Shown: positions 33,207 through 44,221 of the stretch, piece by piece | Layout of the letters: the number at the start of each line of letters is the position of its first letter | How positions within the stretch are numbered: position 1 is the first letter of the stretch | NCBI GenBank assembly: GCA_963665115.1 | Contig: OY762007.1 | Location: 3,488,001-3,552,000, forward strand | Origin: an uncultured Rivularia sp. | Lineage (GTDB): Bacteria > Cyanobacteriota > Cyanobacteriia > Cyanobacteriales > Nostocaceae | Length of the DNA stretch: 64,000 nucleotides | Direction of reading: 5' to 3' | Notes under the pieces: model-generated | Told to the model about the DNA's origin: nothing | Database searches by the model: none | The model's input: the letters and a program-made list of their open reading frames with translations, nothing else | Position numbers and translations under genes: made by a program

Positions 33207-33288
33207 TGCGGATGAAAGGACTTGAACCTTCACGCCCGGAGGCACTAGAACCTAAATCTAGCGCGTCTGCCAATTCCGCCACATCCGC
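33207..33288 (-). tRNA. trnL: tRNA-Leu (anticodon UAG)
   Basis: GCGGATG/CATCCGC acceptor stem, CTAGA-TTTAGGT-TCTAG anticodon arm, long variable arm, GGTTCAAGTCC T-loop. Confidence 0.97.
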
Positions 33289-33417
33289 ATAATCGCTTAT
33301 ATACTATATCATAAAAAAATATTTTTTAAATAATTATTTTCATGAAAATGCTCTAAACATTACGGGAAAAGGAATAGAGAGCAGTGGGAATAAATAATAG
33401 GTATTGCAACAATAGAA

Positions 33418-34611
33418 TCAGGACTCACCTATATTCACGCGAGGTAAACGATCTTTAAAAGAACAGAGAATTTCCCAAGAAATAGTATTTAACTGATTTG
33501 CCCAATCTTGGGCAGTGATTTGTTCGTCACCTTCACTGCCAAGAATCGTCACAATTTCTCCTTCTCGTACATCGGGAACCGCGCTGATATCTAACATAAT
33601 CTGATCCATAGTAATTGCACCAATTTGAGGTACTTTTGCTCCTCTAATCAAAACTTGCATATTGTTAGAAAGATTCCGAGGTATACCATCCGCGTAACCA
33701 ATTCCGACAACAGCCAAACGCATTTGTTTAGAAGCAATAAATGTATGCCCGTAACTAACACCAGCACCTTTTTCAATCGTCTTGACATGAGCAACTCGTG
33801 CTTTTACTTCTAAAACAGGCTGTAAGTCAACAGTTGAGTGCAGACGATCTGACGGATAAAATCCATAAATAGCTAAACCCACGCGCACCATATCGTAATG
33901 TAGAGACTTATCGCTTAAAGTGCCAGCAGAATTTGCTAAATGCAAGCGAGGTATTTCTATCCCAATGTCTTTAAGAATGGCGATCGCACTTTTAAAGCGC
34001 TGATGTTGCAAGTCCATTACAGTTCGATCGGAACTGTCGGCGGTTGCTAAATGAGAATAAACGCTTTGTATACTAAGATGAGGCAAGCCTGCAACCAATT
34101 GAACGAATTCGCCACAGTCTTGCCAATGGATACCCAAGCGAGACATTCCGGTATCTAATTTGAGATGTACTCGTAAGGGAGAATCAAGATTTATCGTTTC
34201 TAAAATATCAGAAAAAATTAAAGCTTGTTTAACACTGCAAAGTGTAGGTTCAAGTTGCCTTTGTGCAATTGCTTGAACTTGTTCTGGAGTATAAGTTGCA
34301 CCTAAAATTAAAATCGGCGCTTTAATGCCAGCTTCTCGTAGCTGAATTCCTTCTGGAACAGTAGCTACACCCAACCAGCTAGCTCCTGCTTTTAACGCTA
34401 TTTGAGCAACGCTTACCGCTCCATGCCCGTAACCATCAGCTTTCACCACAGCCATGAACTGAGTTCCCGGTTGCAGCAACTTCCTGACTTGAACTATGTT
34501 ATTGGATAATACCGCTAAATTAATTTCAACCCAAGCACGTTGGCTTACCCAAGCATGAGTATCGCAAGGAACAATTGAATTAAAACTTTTATTTTGTTCG
34601 TTACTTGACAT
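33418..34611 (-). CDS. alr: Alanine racemase
   Basis: AVVKADGYGHG, KLDTGMSRLG, IGYADG and ITMDQ motifs. Confidence 0.96.
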   Translation of the reverse strand: MSSNEQNKSFNSIVPCDTHAWVSQRAWVEINLAVLSNNIVQVRKLLQPGTQFMAVVKADGYGHGAVSVAQIALKAGASWLGVATVPEGIQLREAGIKAPILILGATYTPEQVQAIAQRQLEPTLCSVKQALIFSDILETINLDSPLRVHLKLDTGMSRLGIHWQDCGEFVQLVAGLPHLSIQSVYSHLATADSSDRTVMDLQHQRFKSAIAILKDIGIEIPRLHLANSAGTLSDKSLHYDMVRVGLAIYGFYPSDRLHSTVDLQPVLEVKARVAHVKTIEKGAGVSYGHTFIASKQMRLAVVGIGYADGIPRNLSNNMQVLIRGAKVPQIGAITMDQIMLDISAVPDVREGEIVTILGSEGDEQITAQDWANQLNTISWEILCSFKDRLPRVNIGES

Positions 34612-35078
34612 TAACTCTCTCCAATTCACGCCACTTCCACACAGCAATACTTGGCTGGATATTAATATACTCCTCTTCCACAAGCTTTATAGGATTAATT
34701 TAGAAGTTTACCGTTACTTAGATAGAGGATACAAATATTGAATTACTTCTTCTGAAAATATTGTTTTTTTGCGGATATACAGTTTTGAGCTTGACGCTGG
34801 TTCGCTTTTCTTAATCCTATCCCGCTCTCTCTTTCCTCTGCATCTCAGCAGTTTTTATCCGCTAACTTCTGCCAGGAAGAAAGTAATTCCCAAATGCTTT
34901 TGATATCTTAACTGAAAGCAAAAATACAATGGCATATCATGCTTTAACCGTCTAAAGATCGACTGCGTTTCAAGTGAATTCTAACAAAAAACTTATTCTT
35001 GTATAAATTATGCTCGACTCGCAAATTAGATTCAATTCGTGTTAATATATGTAAAACTAATACCTTGAGCGACTATCA

Positions 35079-35576
35079 ATGGGAAAGGTTTTAGTCCTAA
35101 ACGCTTCTTACGAACCGCTCAATATAACGAGTTGGCGACGTGCTGCAATTTTGCTGATTAAGGGAAAGGCAGAGCGGGTAGAACATAACGGTAAATTTAT
35201 TTACTCAGATTTCCCGCTTCCGACAGTTATAAGGCTGCGCTATTACGTGCGCGTTCCTTATAAAGAAATTCCTTTAACCCGTCGAAATATATTGCATCGC
35301 GATGGTCATACTTGTCAATACTGCGGCTACAAGGGCGATGACTTAACACTGGATCATGTAATACCGCGATCGCGTCGTGGAGGCGATAGCTGGGAAAACA
35401 TAGCTACAGCTTGCGTTCGCTGTAACGTCAAGAAAGGCAATCGAACGCCGAAAGAAGCTCAGATGCCATTACATCATGCTCCACGCCGACCTTACAGTAG
35501 TCTCTATTTTGAGGTAAGCAAGCATCTTAAAAGTGGTTTGCATCAAGAGTGGCAAAAATATGTCATAGGACTCTGA
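35079..35576 (+). CDS. HNH endonuclease (conserved cyanobacterial type)
   Basis: VLVLNASYEPL, RD..TCQYCG, TLDHVIPRSRRGG..WEN...AC..CN.KKG. Confidence 0.93.
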   Translation: MGKVLVLNASYEPLNITSWRRAAILLIKGKAERVEHNGKFIYSDFPLPTVIRLRYYVRVPYKEIPLTRRNILHRDGHTCQYCGYKGDDLTLDHVIPRSRRGGDSWENIATACVRCNVKKGNRTPKEAQMPLHHAPRRPYSSLYFEVSKHLKSGLHQEWQKYVIGL

Positions 35577-36342
35577 GACGATTTTTTGTCATTATCGAGG
35601 CATGATGATTGCTTTTTCAGAAGCAGTTAATATGCTTTTTGAGGTAGACTTATGAGCTTATCATGCGAGCGACAATTTTTAAATTGCCGTTTAGGTTTTG
35701 TCGTAAAAGAATTGAAACAATTGGCAAAATTTGTTTACTAGCTTTTAGGAAGAGTATCGAGACTGTTCCATAAAGTTATGCAAGCTGAATTTACCAAGTA
35801 CTACAAATCTCGCGACAAGAACTTTAACATTCTACATCATGATTGTAAAACGGCAAGTAGGGTGCATCTAAATTATCAAAAAATATAAGATGAGAAATAG
35901 ATTTTCTGTAAAATGGCTTAAAAAAATCTACATAAATAAAAATAATCACACTTAAAAAAAATACAATCTGTTATATAATGCTGCGGATTATTTTTGCTCG
36001 CGGTAGCGAAATGTAGTGCGGTTATGCAAAATCAATCACCTGCTCCGGTAAGGTAGTATGCCGCTCAGAGGGCACATAAAATAATCACAGTAGAAGAAGA
36101 AAGAAGATTCGATATGATTACTTCTCTCCTTCTCCTTGCTTCCCTGCTGTCTCAACGACGATCGAGTGGGTTCCTTTAGGAGTAACCCAGTTCAATTGGG
36201 ACAATAACATTTGCAAGCAATATATTTGAGATATTGGCGCTTTGCTACATAGAGTGCGAAGATTGTAATCTGTGGCAGGTGAAGATATTTAGTTTTTAAA
36301 GCTTTTCAACCCGAACTGCTCACGCTACAACACACGTTCCCT

Positions 36343-37641
36343 ATGCAACGAAATACTTCCGAAAAACAGGTTGAGGATTTGCAATTGCAACCAGACTCAA
36401 CCGATAAAAATGTTGAAATTGACCGAGATTCTTTGGAAGTATCACTTCCATCGAATAAATTTGTCGAAACAGCAGTACCCGGTGGCAATAATAATCGAGC
36501 AGGTTCTCGTGCTAGTACCTTAGCTGCTCAGAAATCAGAACAATTATTAAAAACGCTCAAAGCACATAAACATGAGCGTCAAATAATCATCTTACAAGAT
36601 TTTCCAGACCCCGATGCTTTGTCTTCAGCTTGGACGTACCAGTTGATTGCTCAGCAATATGATATTAAGTGCGATATCACTTATGCAGGAACCCTTTCCC
36701 ATCAAGAAAATATTGCTTTAGTAAAGCTTACGAGTTTACCGGCAACTCGTACTCCCTTACAAAGTTTCAAAAATCGTGACTTATCGTCATATCAAGGTTA
36801 CGTACTAATCGATAATCAAGGTACTACTTCCACTTTGGTTCATGAAGTTCAGCAAGCAGGAATTCCTTTAACGGTAATCGTGGATCACCACAACCTACAA
36901 GGCGATTTAAAGTCAGAGTTTGCTGACATACGTCCGGCAGTGAGAGCAACAGCAACAATTTTTACCCAGTATCTACAAGCCGGGTTGTTGCAGCTAGATA
37001 GTAGCATGAGCGAACACGTTAACTGTGCCACAGCACTGATGCATGGCTTGCATTCAGATACCAACCGACTGATGCAGGCTAAAGAAGAAGATTTTATGGC
37101 AGCAGCTTATCTGAGCCGATTTTACGACGGTCAGTTGCTTAATACCATACTGCTAGCCACTCGTTCCAAGCGAGTAATGGACGTGATTGAACGCTCATTA
37201 AGAAATCGCATTGTGCAAAATAATTTTTCGATTGCCGGTGTGGGTTACTTACGCTACGAGGATAGAGATGCAATTCCCCAAGCCGCTGATTTTTTAGTGA
37301 CAGAAGATAACGTTCATACCGCAGTTGTTTACGGTATCGTTCACGATGAAGACGAAGAAGAATTAGAAGTAGTAATTGGTTCTTTAAGAACGAATAAGCT
37401 AACTTTAGATCCCGATGAATTTATCAAAGAAGCTTTTGGGCAAGACAACACGGGTCGCTTTTTTGGTGGTGGACGTAGTAGCGCTGGTGGCTTTGAAATT
37501 CCGATGGGTTTTTTGTCTGGCAGCAACGAAAGCTCACCTTATGCAAAAATGAAATGGGAAGTTTATGATGCTCAAATCAAGCAGAAGTTGTTGAAACTAG
37601 TCAATCCCAAAGATAATCTCATATCATCTGACGATGAATAG
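36343..37641 (+). CDS. DHH family phosphoesterase (NrnA-like)
   Basis: QDFPDPDALSSA, VDHH and FGGGR motifs. Confidence 0.9.
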   Translation: MQRNTSEKQVEDLQLQPDSTDKNVEIDRDSLEVSLPSNKFVETAVPGGNNNRAGSRASTLAAQKSEQLLKTLKAHKHERQIIILQDFPDPDALSSAWTYQLIAQQYDIKCDITYAGTLSHQENIALVKLTSLPATRTPLQSFKNRDLSSYQGYVLIDNQGTTSTLVHEVQQAGIPLTVIVDHHNLQGDLKSEFADIRPAVRATATIFTQYLQAGLLQLDSSMSEHVNCATALMHGLHSDTNRLMQAKEEDFMAAAYLSRFYDGQLLNTILLATRSKRVMDVIERSLRNRIVQNNFSIAGVGYLRYEDRDAIPQAADFLVTEDNVHTAVVYGIVHDEDEEELEVVIGSLRTNKLTLDPDEFIKEAFGQDNTGRFFGGGRSSAGGFEIPMGFLSGSNESSPYAKMKWEVYDAQIKQKLLKLVNPKDNLISSDDE

Positions 37642-37790
37642 TTGTTAGTTGCTAGTTGTTAGTTGTTAGTAGAACAATTATCAACTATTTTAATCAATTC
37701 AATCAATCCAAAATCCTAGATACTTACTACAACGGAGGAAACCTCCGCAACGTAGTGTCCTCAAAATCCAAAATCCAAAATCTAAAATTT

Positions 37791-38288
37791 GTGGAACTAT
37801 ATTTTATTCGTCATGGTATTGCCCAAGAAGCTACCAGCGAAATCAAAGATGAGCAACGAAGTCTCACCGAACAAGGGCGAACAAAAACGCAAAAAGTTGC
37901 TCAACGCTTAAAAGACCTGGATTTAAGTTTTGATTTAATCGCAACGAGTCCCTTAGTAAGAGCGCAACAAACAGCAGAAATATTAGTTTCCATAGGATTA
38001 AGTTCGCAATTGGAGCAATGTTCTCATCTTGCTCCCGGTGGTAGTGCAGAGGATTGGGTTGAAAAATGGCTGAAACCTAAAAATTATCAGCCTTCCACTC
38101 GCTTGGCATTAGTCGGACATCAGCCTTGTCTAAGTAATTGGGCTGAAATTTTAATCTGGGGCGAAGCTAAAAACAGCTTGGTACTAAAAAAAGCAGGTAT
38201 CATTGGAATAGAGATACCCCCTACCGCCTCTATTATGGGTCGTTGTCAAATGTTTTGGTTGACACCACCCAGATACTTGCTGTCTTGA
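37791..38288 (+). CDS. sixA: Phosphohistidine phosphatase SixA
   Basis: GTG start; ELYFIRHGIA, TSPLVRAQQTAE and LVGHQP motifs. Confidence 0.92.
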   Translation: MELYFIRHGIAQEATSEIKDEQRSLTEQGRTKTQKVAQRLKDLDLSFDLIATSPLVRAQQTAEILVSIGLSSQLEQCSHLAPGGSAEDWVEKWLKPKNYQPSTRLALVGHQPCLSNWAEILIWGEAKNSLVLKKAGIIGIEIPPTASIMGRCQMFWLTPPRYLLS

Positions 38289-38400
38289 GCTATCCAACTT
38301 TTTATCAAAAGCATTTTGTAATAAAGGATACTGTTATGACGGTAAAACTTTCTGGTAAGTTAACTCTATAAAATCTTTCAAACATTCGTATGGTATTGCC

Positions 38401-39540
38401 ATGATGGTTTGCGAATTTAAACCCGGATTAGATGGTGTTCCCGCAGCTCAATCCAGTATTAGTAATGTTGACGGGCAGAAGGGAATACTCGAATATCGTG
38501 GCATCCGAATTGAAGAACTAGCTAAAAAGAGTACTTTCTTAGAAACTGCTTATCTGCTAATTTGGGGCGAACTGCCTTCCAAAGAAGAATTAGCATTATT
38601 TGAACATGAAGTTCATCAAAATAGAAGAATAAAATACCGCATTCGGGACATGATGAAGTGTTTTCCCGAAAGCGGTCATCCAATGGATGTTTTGCAAGCT
38701 TCAGCAGCAGCATTGGGTTTGTTTTATTCGCGGCGCGATTTAGATAATCCAGTTTATATCAGAAATGCAGTTGTCCGTCTGCTGGCAAGTATTCCCACAA
38801 TGGTCGCAGCTTTTGAATTGATGCGACGAGGCGATGACCCCGTGCGCCCTCATGATGACTTAGATTATGCTGCTAACTTTTTGTATATGCTGCATGAGGA
38901 GAAACCAGATCCGATAGCGGCGCGGATATTTGATGTCTGCTTGATACTTCATGCCGAACACACTATGAATGCCTCGACCTTTAGCGCTAGAGTAACGGCT
39001 TCAACTCTTACCGACCCCTACGCAGTTGTTGCAAGTGCAGTAGGAACTTTAGGAGGTCCTTTGCACGGTGGTGCCAACGAAGAAGTGATTGGGATGCTAG
39101 AAGAAATTGGTTCGACAAAAAATGTTCGTCCCTATGTTTTAGACTGCATTCAGCGAAAAGCCAAAATCATGGGTTTTGGTCATCGCGTTTATAAAGTAAA
39201 AGATCCGCGTGCGAAGATTCTGCAAAACTTAGCAGAAGAACTATTTGCCAAAGTTGGGTATGACAAGTACTATGACATTGCCCAAGAAATGGAACGAGTA
39301 GTAGAAGAAAAACTCGGTCAGAAAGGAATCTATGCTAACGTTGACTTCTACTCCGGGCTAGTTTATAGAAAATTAGGAATTTCTACAGACTTTTTTACAC
39401 CAGTATTTGCGATGGCTCGTGTTGCTGGTTGGTTAGCCCATTGGAAAGAGCAGTTAGTACAAAACAGAATTTTCCGTCCTAGCCAGGTTTACAACGGTCG
39501 CCACAACGTTGATTACGTGCATATAACCGAACGCGGTTAG
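38401..39540 (+). CDS. gltA: Citrate synthase
   Basis: LHAEHTMNASTF, GPLHGGANE, IMGFGHRVYK and NVDFYSG motifs. Confidence 0.97.
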   Translation: MMVCEFKPGLDGVPAAQSSISNVDGQKGILEYRGIRIEELAKKSTFLETAYLLIWGELPSKEELALFEHEVHQNRRIKYRIRDMMKCFPESGHPMDVLQASAAALGLFYSRRDLDNPVYIRNAVVRLLASIPTMVAAFELMRRGDDPVRPHDDLDYAANFLYMLHEEKPDPIAARIFDVCLILHAEHTMNASTFSARVTASTLTDPYAVVASAVGTLGGPLHGGANEEVIGMLEEIGSTKNVRPYVLDCIQRKAKIMGFGHRVYKVKDPRAKILQNLAEELFAKVGYDKYYDIAQEMERVVEEKLGQKGIYANVDFYSGLVYRKLGISTDFFTPVFAMARVAGWLAHWKEQLVQNRIFRPSQVYNGRHNVDYVHITERG

Positions 39541-39813
39541 GTTGGAAGTTAGGAGTTAGGAGTTAGGAGTTAATTTAATAATTAATTATTTTTCCTGCTC
39601 TCCCACTCTCCCGCTCTCCCCATCTCCTCATCCCTCTTACGAGAATTCTTTATCCATGAGATAAGTAGAACCTCTTACTTAGGTGAGAGAACAGCAAGCC
39701 TTAGAACGATATACTAGGCATGGTCATTGCAAAAAATCTTAAACTTTGCCTTTTTTAGGTAAAGATATTGCTGGGTTACTTTACAGTTATTAATAAGTAT
39801 AAGTAGTTGTAAA

Positions 39814-40053
39814 TGACCGGCTAAAGCATGAAGTCTGAAGGGTTTAATGTAACGCTTCTTACTTTATTGTGTAAAGTTCGGACAAGCGTAGAAAGCGTCG
39901 ATCGCAAGCAGCGTAATCGTCACCGCCTGTTCCTTTACGGTTGAATTCGGGTAAACGGTTTGACTAGTAGAGGCTTGGAAGATATCTAACTAATAACTGT
40001 TAGATATCTTTCAAGCGATGAAGAATACCGTGTTTTATCGCGAGTCGTGTCAA
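39814..40053 (+). mobile_element. Orphan IS200/IS605 right-end region, a putative TnpB omega-RNA scaffold with no adjacent tnpB
   Basis: About 240 nt with an 18-bp stem (39973-40016), ending GAATACC...GAGTCGTGTCAA like the right end at 33046-33080. Confidence 0.5.
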
Positions 40054-40104
40054 GCTTGAGTAAACTTCAAGGTTTGCTGGTTCCTGGGATTATCTCCATT
40101 TAAA

Positions 40105-40185
40105 AACCAGACCCTTCACGGGGATTAAAATCCCGCGTGTCACTTCCCTCTCAGCTTTAAAAAGACTGAGTTTTCCACGTCCCGT
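40105..40185 (-). mobile_element. IS200/IS605-like end remnant immediately upstream of ndhA
   Basis: Minus strand reads GTGGAAAACTCAG...CTGAGAGGGAAGTGACACGCGGGATTTTAATCCCG, a two-hairpin layout recalled from cyanobacterial IS605 left ends. Confidence 0.4.
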
Positions 40186-40194
40186 ATATTTCTT

Positions 40195-41313
40195 ATGAAT
40201 TCAGGAATTGATCTGCAAGGAACTTTTATTCAAAGTTTGATGGATTTAGGACTGCCTGCGGGTACGGCTAAAGCCATTTGGATGCCCTTGCCTATGATTT
40301 TGATGCTTATTGGTGCCACAGTAGGGGTGCTAGTGTGTGTTTGGCAAGAGCGAAAAATTTCAGCAGCAGCCCAGCAGCGGATTGGCCCAGAATTTATCGG
40401 ACCTTTAGGTTTGCTCGCACCAGTAGCAGATGGTCTAAAATTAGTCTTCAAAGAAGATATAATACCGGCCAAAGCCGACCGCTGGTTATTTACCCTTGGC
40501 CCCATCATAGTTGTGCTGCCGGTATTCCTGTCCTATTTAATTGTGCCGTTTGGACAGAATCTATTAATAACCAATGTGGGAACGGGAGTTTTCTTATGGA
40601 TTGCTCTTTCTTCCATTCAGCCAATCGGCTTATTAATGGCTGGCTACGCATCTAATAACAAATATGCTCTCTTAGGAGGGTTGCGAGCCGCAGCACAATC
40701 AATTAGCTATGAGATTCCTTTGGCACTGGCAGTGTTGGCTGTTGTCATGATGTCAAATAGCCTCAGCACGGTTGATATTGTCAATCAACAATCGGGTTAC
40801 GGTATTTTGGGCTGGAACGTTTGGCGGCAACCAGCAGGTTTCGTTATCTTCTGGATATCAGCTCTAGCCGAATGCGAACGTATGCCTTTTGACTTACCAG
40901 AAGCAGAAGAGGAACTGGTAGCAGGTTATCAAACCGAATATTCTGGTATGAAGTTCGCTTTGTTTTACTTGAGTTCCTACGTAAATTTAGTATTATCTGC
41001 TTTACTGGTATCTGTTTTATATCTAGGTGGTTGGGATTTTCCGATTCCTATCAACTTAATTGCAAATTGGTTGGGAGTTAGTGAAATTAATCCCGTTTTG
41101 CAGATAGTCACGGCTTCATTAGGCATCACAATGACCGTACTAAAAGCTTACTTCTTGGTATTTTTAGCAATTTTGTTACGCTGGACAGTACCAAGAGTTC
41201 GCATCGACCAACTCTTAGATTTAGGTTGGAAATTTTTACTACCCATAGGTTTAGTTAACTTGCTGTTAACCGCAGCATTAAAATTAGCTTTTCCTTTCGC
41301 CTTTGGTGGATAA
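40195..41313 (+). CDS. ndhA: NDH-1 subunit NdhA (NuoH)
   Basis: [15 protein letters not shown] and [21 protein letters not shown]. Confidence 0.97.
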   Translation: MNSGIDLQGTFIQSLMDLGLPAGTAKAIWMPLPMILMLIGATVGVLVCVWQERKISAAAQQRIGPEFIGPLGLLAPVADGLKLVFKEDIIPAKADRWLFTLGPIIVVLPVFLSYLIVPFGQNLLITNVGTGVFLWIALSSIQPIGLLMAGYASNNKYALLGGLRAAAQSISYEIPLALAVLAVVMMSNSLSTVDIVNQQSGYGILGWNVWRQPAGFVIFWISALAECERMPFDLPEAEEELVAGYQTEYSGMKFALFYLSSYVNLVLSALLVSVLYLGGWDFPIPINLIANWLGVSEINPVLQIVTASLGITMTVLKAYFLVFLAILLRWTVPRVRIDQLLDLGWKFLLPIGLVNLLLTAALKLAFPFAFGG

Positions 41314-41317
41314 ATCA

Positions 41318-41410
41318 GAAGTTATGAGTTATGAGTTATTAGTTATGAGTTATGAGTTGTGAATAAAAAATGTTGATTAATTCCTAACTCCTAACTTCTA
41401 ACTCCTAACT
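41318..41410. repeat. Inverted pair of heptameric STRR tracts
   Basis: (GAGTTAT)n followed by (AACTCCT)n; similar tracts at 37640-37790, 39545-39630, 42039-42170, 42877-42907 and 48117-48230. Confidence 0.8.
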
Positions 41411-41437
41411 TTATTTAAGTATAAGGAGAGAGACAAA

Positions 41438-42040
41438 ATGTTGAAGTTCCTCAAACAAGTTGTTGATTACGGTAAAGAAACTTGGGAAGCCACTCGCTAT
41501 ATTGGTCAAGGTTTAGCCGTTACCTTTGACCATATGCAGCGCCGTCCCGTTACAGTACAGTATCCTTACGAAAAATTAATTCCTAGCGAACGCTTTCGCG
41601 GTAGAATTCATTTCGAGTTTGATAAGTGTATTGCTTGCGAGGTTTGCGTTCGGGTATGTCCTATCAACTTACCTGTAGTGGACTGGGAATTTAATAAAGC
41701 GAGTAAAAAGAAAAAGCTTAATCACTACAGTATTGATTTCGGAGTTTGTATATTCTGCGGTAACTGTGTGGAGTATTGTCCGACTAACTGTTTATCAATG
41801 ACAGAAGATTACGAACTTTCTACATATGACCGTCACGAATTAAATTACGATAGCGTTGCTTTAGGTCGTCTGCCTTATAAAGTCACAGATGACCCAATGG
41901 TAACACCGTTGCGCGAATTGGTTTACCTTCCCGAAGGCGTAATGGAACCGCACGATCTACCAGAGGATGCACCTCGTGCAGGTGTTTTCCCACAAGATTT
42001 AGTAGAAGAAAAAGAAAAAGAAGAAGAAGTAAAAGGTTAA
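41438..42040 (+). CDS. ndhI: NDH-1 subunit NdhI
   Basis: Two CxxCxxCxxxCP 4Fe-4S motifs. Confidence 0.97.
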   Translation: MLKFLKQVVDYGKETWEATRYIGQGLAVTFDHMQRRPVTVQYPYEKLIPSERFRGRIHFEFDKCIACEVCVRVCPINLPVVDWEFNKASKKKKLNHYSIDFGVCIFCGNCVEYCPTNCLSMTEDYELSTYDRHELNYDSVALGRLPYKVTDDPMVTPLRELVYLPEGVMEPHDLPEDAPRAGVFPQDLVEEKEKEEEVKG

Positions 42041-42181
42041 GAGTTATAAGTTAGGAGTTAGGAGTTCTTAATTATAAGTTATGAGTGAAAATTAGTCATG
42101 AAGAAGATAATTAACGACTAACAATCAACAACTAATAATTAACAACTAACAACCAATAATCAACAACTAAGGACAAAAAAA

Positions 42182-42787
42182 GTGGATTTAGCGGGTGGAA
42201 TACAGGTAGTTTCGTTTGTCATACTGGCAGCGATGATGATTGGAGCAGCACTTGGAGTTGTACTGTTTAGCAATATTGTTTACTCTGCTTTTATGCTAGC
42301 GGGTGTATTTGTTAGTATCGCAGGATTGTACCTATTGCTTAATGCTGACTTTGTAGCGGCAGCCCAACTGTTAGTTTATGTAGGGGCAATAAACGTATTA
42401 ATTTTGTTTGCCATTATGTTGGTAAATAAGCAAGAAGATTATGTACCTTTGCCAAATGCTTGGATCAGAAAAGCTTTGACAGGATTAGTTAGCTTAGGGT
42501 TGTTTGTACTTTTAAGTACAATGGTTCTGGCAACTCCTTGGAGTATTTCTACTGCAACTCCGGTTGAAAACTCTATAGTTATAATTGGCGAGCATTTCTT
42601 CACCGATTATCTATTACCTTTTGAATTAGCTTCTGTTTTACTACTGATGGCAATGGTAGGAGCAATTATTTTAGCGCGTCGCGAATATTTACCTCCCGAA
42701 GCAACTTCCGACCAAATGCCACAAACTGTTTTAGAATTGCCCGAACGTCCGAGAGAATTAGTATCAGCTGGAAATGAAGACAAATAA
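42182..42787 (+). CDS. ndhG: NDH-1 subunit NdhG (NuoJ)
   Basis: NIVYSAF, QLLVYVGAINVLILFAIML and LLPFELASVLLL. Confidence 0.96.
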   Translation: MDLAGGIQVVSFVILAAMMIGAALGVVLFSNIVYSAFMLAGVFVSIAGLYLLLNADFVAAAQLLVYVGAINVLILFAIMLVNKQEDYVPLPNAWIRKALTGLVSLGLFVLLSTMVLATPWSISTATPVENSIVIIGEHFFTDYLLPFELASVLLLMAMVGAIILARREYLPPEATSDQMPQTVLELPERPRELVSAGNEDK

Positions 42788-42931
42788 CAACTATCAATGA
42801 ACAATTATCAACCGTAGGGTGCGGCTCATCAATAAACAATTGATTATTGATGAATCCCACTCTCCCCTTAATAAGTGATAATTGATAATTGATAACTGAT
42901 AACTGATTTAAAACAGGAATAGTAAACAATC

Positions 42932-43237
42932 ATGCAACTTCAGTACTTTTTATTACTAGCTGCGGCTCTATTTTGTATCGGCATTTATGGCATTGTTACC
43001 AGTCGTAATGCGGTACGAGTTTTAATGTCAATTGAACTATTGCTAAATTCGGTGAACTTGAATTTAATGGCTTTTTCTAATTATCTAGATTCAACATTAA
43101 TTAAAGGTCAAGTTTTCGCCGTATTTGTAATTACTGTAGCAGCGGCAGAAGCAGCAGTTGGTTTGGCGATTGTATTGGCAATATACCGCAACCGCGATAC
43201 TGTTGATATGGAACAGTTCAACCTCCTAAAATGGTAG
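42932..43237 (+). CDS. ndhE: NDH-1 subunit NdhE (NuoK)
   Basis: [16 protein letters not shown] and [11 protein letters not shown]. Confidence 0.97.
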   Translation: MQLQYFLLLAAALFCIGIYGIVTSRNAVRVLMSIELLLNSVNLNLMAFSNYLDSTLIKGQVFAVFVITVAAAEAAVGLAIVLAIYRNRDTVDMEQFNLLKW

Positions 43238-43241
43238 TTCT

Positions 43242-44166
43242 GTGGAGCTTAAGCAAGTAATTATTGCCTATAAGGCGCGAGATCCCCAAAGCAAACGCTG
43301 GGCTGAAATCTGTGCCAGACAATTAGAACATCGTAAATGTCATGTATTGATGGGGTCCTAGCGGTCCGAAGGATAACCCATATCCGGTTTTTTTAGCTTC
43401 GGCAACCCAACAAATTGACTTAGCCATAGTACTTGGTGGTGATGGTACGGTTCTAACTGGTGCAAGACATTTAGCCCAAGCTGGGATTCCTATTTTGGCC
43501 GTTAATGTCGGAGGTCATTTAGGATTTCTAACTGAGTCGGTGGAAGAGTTTCAGGATACCGAATCAGTTTGGGATAGACTTTTAGAAGACCGTTATGCCA
43601 TACAGCGACGGATGATGTTGCAAGCAGCAGTATATGAGGGACATGGCTCTAATTTGGAACCAATTACCGAAAACTACCTTGCTTTGAACGAAATGTGTAT
43701 AAAACCCGCTTCCGCAGATCGCATGATCACGTCAATTTTAGAAATGGAAATTGATAATGAGGTCATCGATCAATGTCAGGGAGACGGGTTAATTATTTCT
43801 ACGCCTACAGGTTCTACAGGTTACACAGTTTCTGCTAACGGTCCGATAATGCATGATGGTATGGAAGCGATTACCATCACTCCCATTTGTCCCATGAGTC
43901 TTTCAAGCCGCCCAATTGTTTTACCTCCGGGTTCGGTAGTTAGTATTTGGCCTTTAGGCGATTACGATCTAAGTACTAAATTATGGACTGATGGCGTTTT
44001 AGCGACTTCTATATGGCCCGGTCATCGCGTAGATGTACGTATGGCAGATTGTCGGTCTAAGTTCATTATTTTACGGGAAAACTATTCGTACTATCAGGTC
44101 TTACGAGAGAAATTGCTCTGGGCGGGAACTAGGGTTAGGTATAACAGTAAACATAATAGTAATTGA
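43242..44166 (+). CDS. nadK: NAD(+) kinase with one frameshift at 43352-43355
   Basis: GTG start at 43242 (MELKQVIIAYKARD); removing one G gives MGPSGPKDNPYP...LGGDGT; also NE motif and GDGLIISTPTGSTGY. Confidence 0.92.
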
Positions 44167-44169
44167 AGA

Positions 44170-44199
44170 TGTAGAGACGTGATATATCGCGTCTCTACA
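44170..44199. repeat. GTAG REP-like hairpin between convergent genes
   Basis: TGTAGAGACGTGATATATCGCGTCTCTACA. Confidence 0.8.
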
Positions 44200-44221
44200 A
44201 AAATTTAGGTTATTAAACGAA

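Noticed and set aside
32900..33290. tRNA-anchored genomic island or CAST insertion
   Set aside because: No integrase, tns or cas12k gene, and no duplicated tRNA 3' end was seen.
35079..35576. HNH gene as IscB/Cas9-like nuclease or defence effector
   Set aside because: Only 165 aa with no RuvC or PLMP motifs; it matches the common chromosomal HNH type and sits among housekeeping genes.
36030..36062. SRP RNA or c-di-GMP riboswitch
   Set aside because: CCGGTAAGGTAG only loosely resembles the SRP loop and lacks the CAGG/AGCAGC motif; the riboswitch consensus is absent.
37656..37790. N-terminal extension of SixA
   Set aside because: It runs through STRR repeats and a small hairpin element; the GTG at 37791 gives the normal N-terminus.
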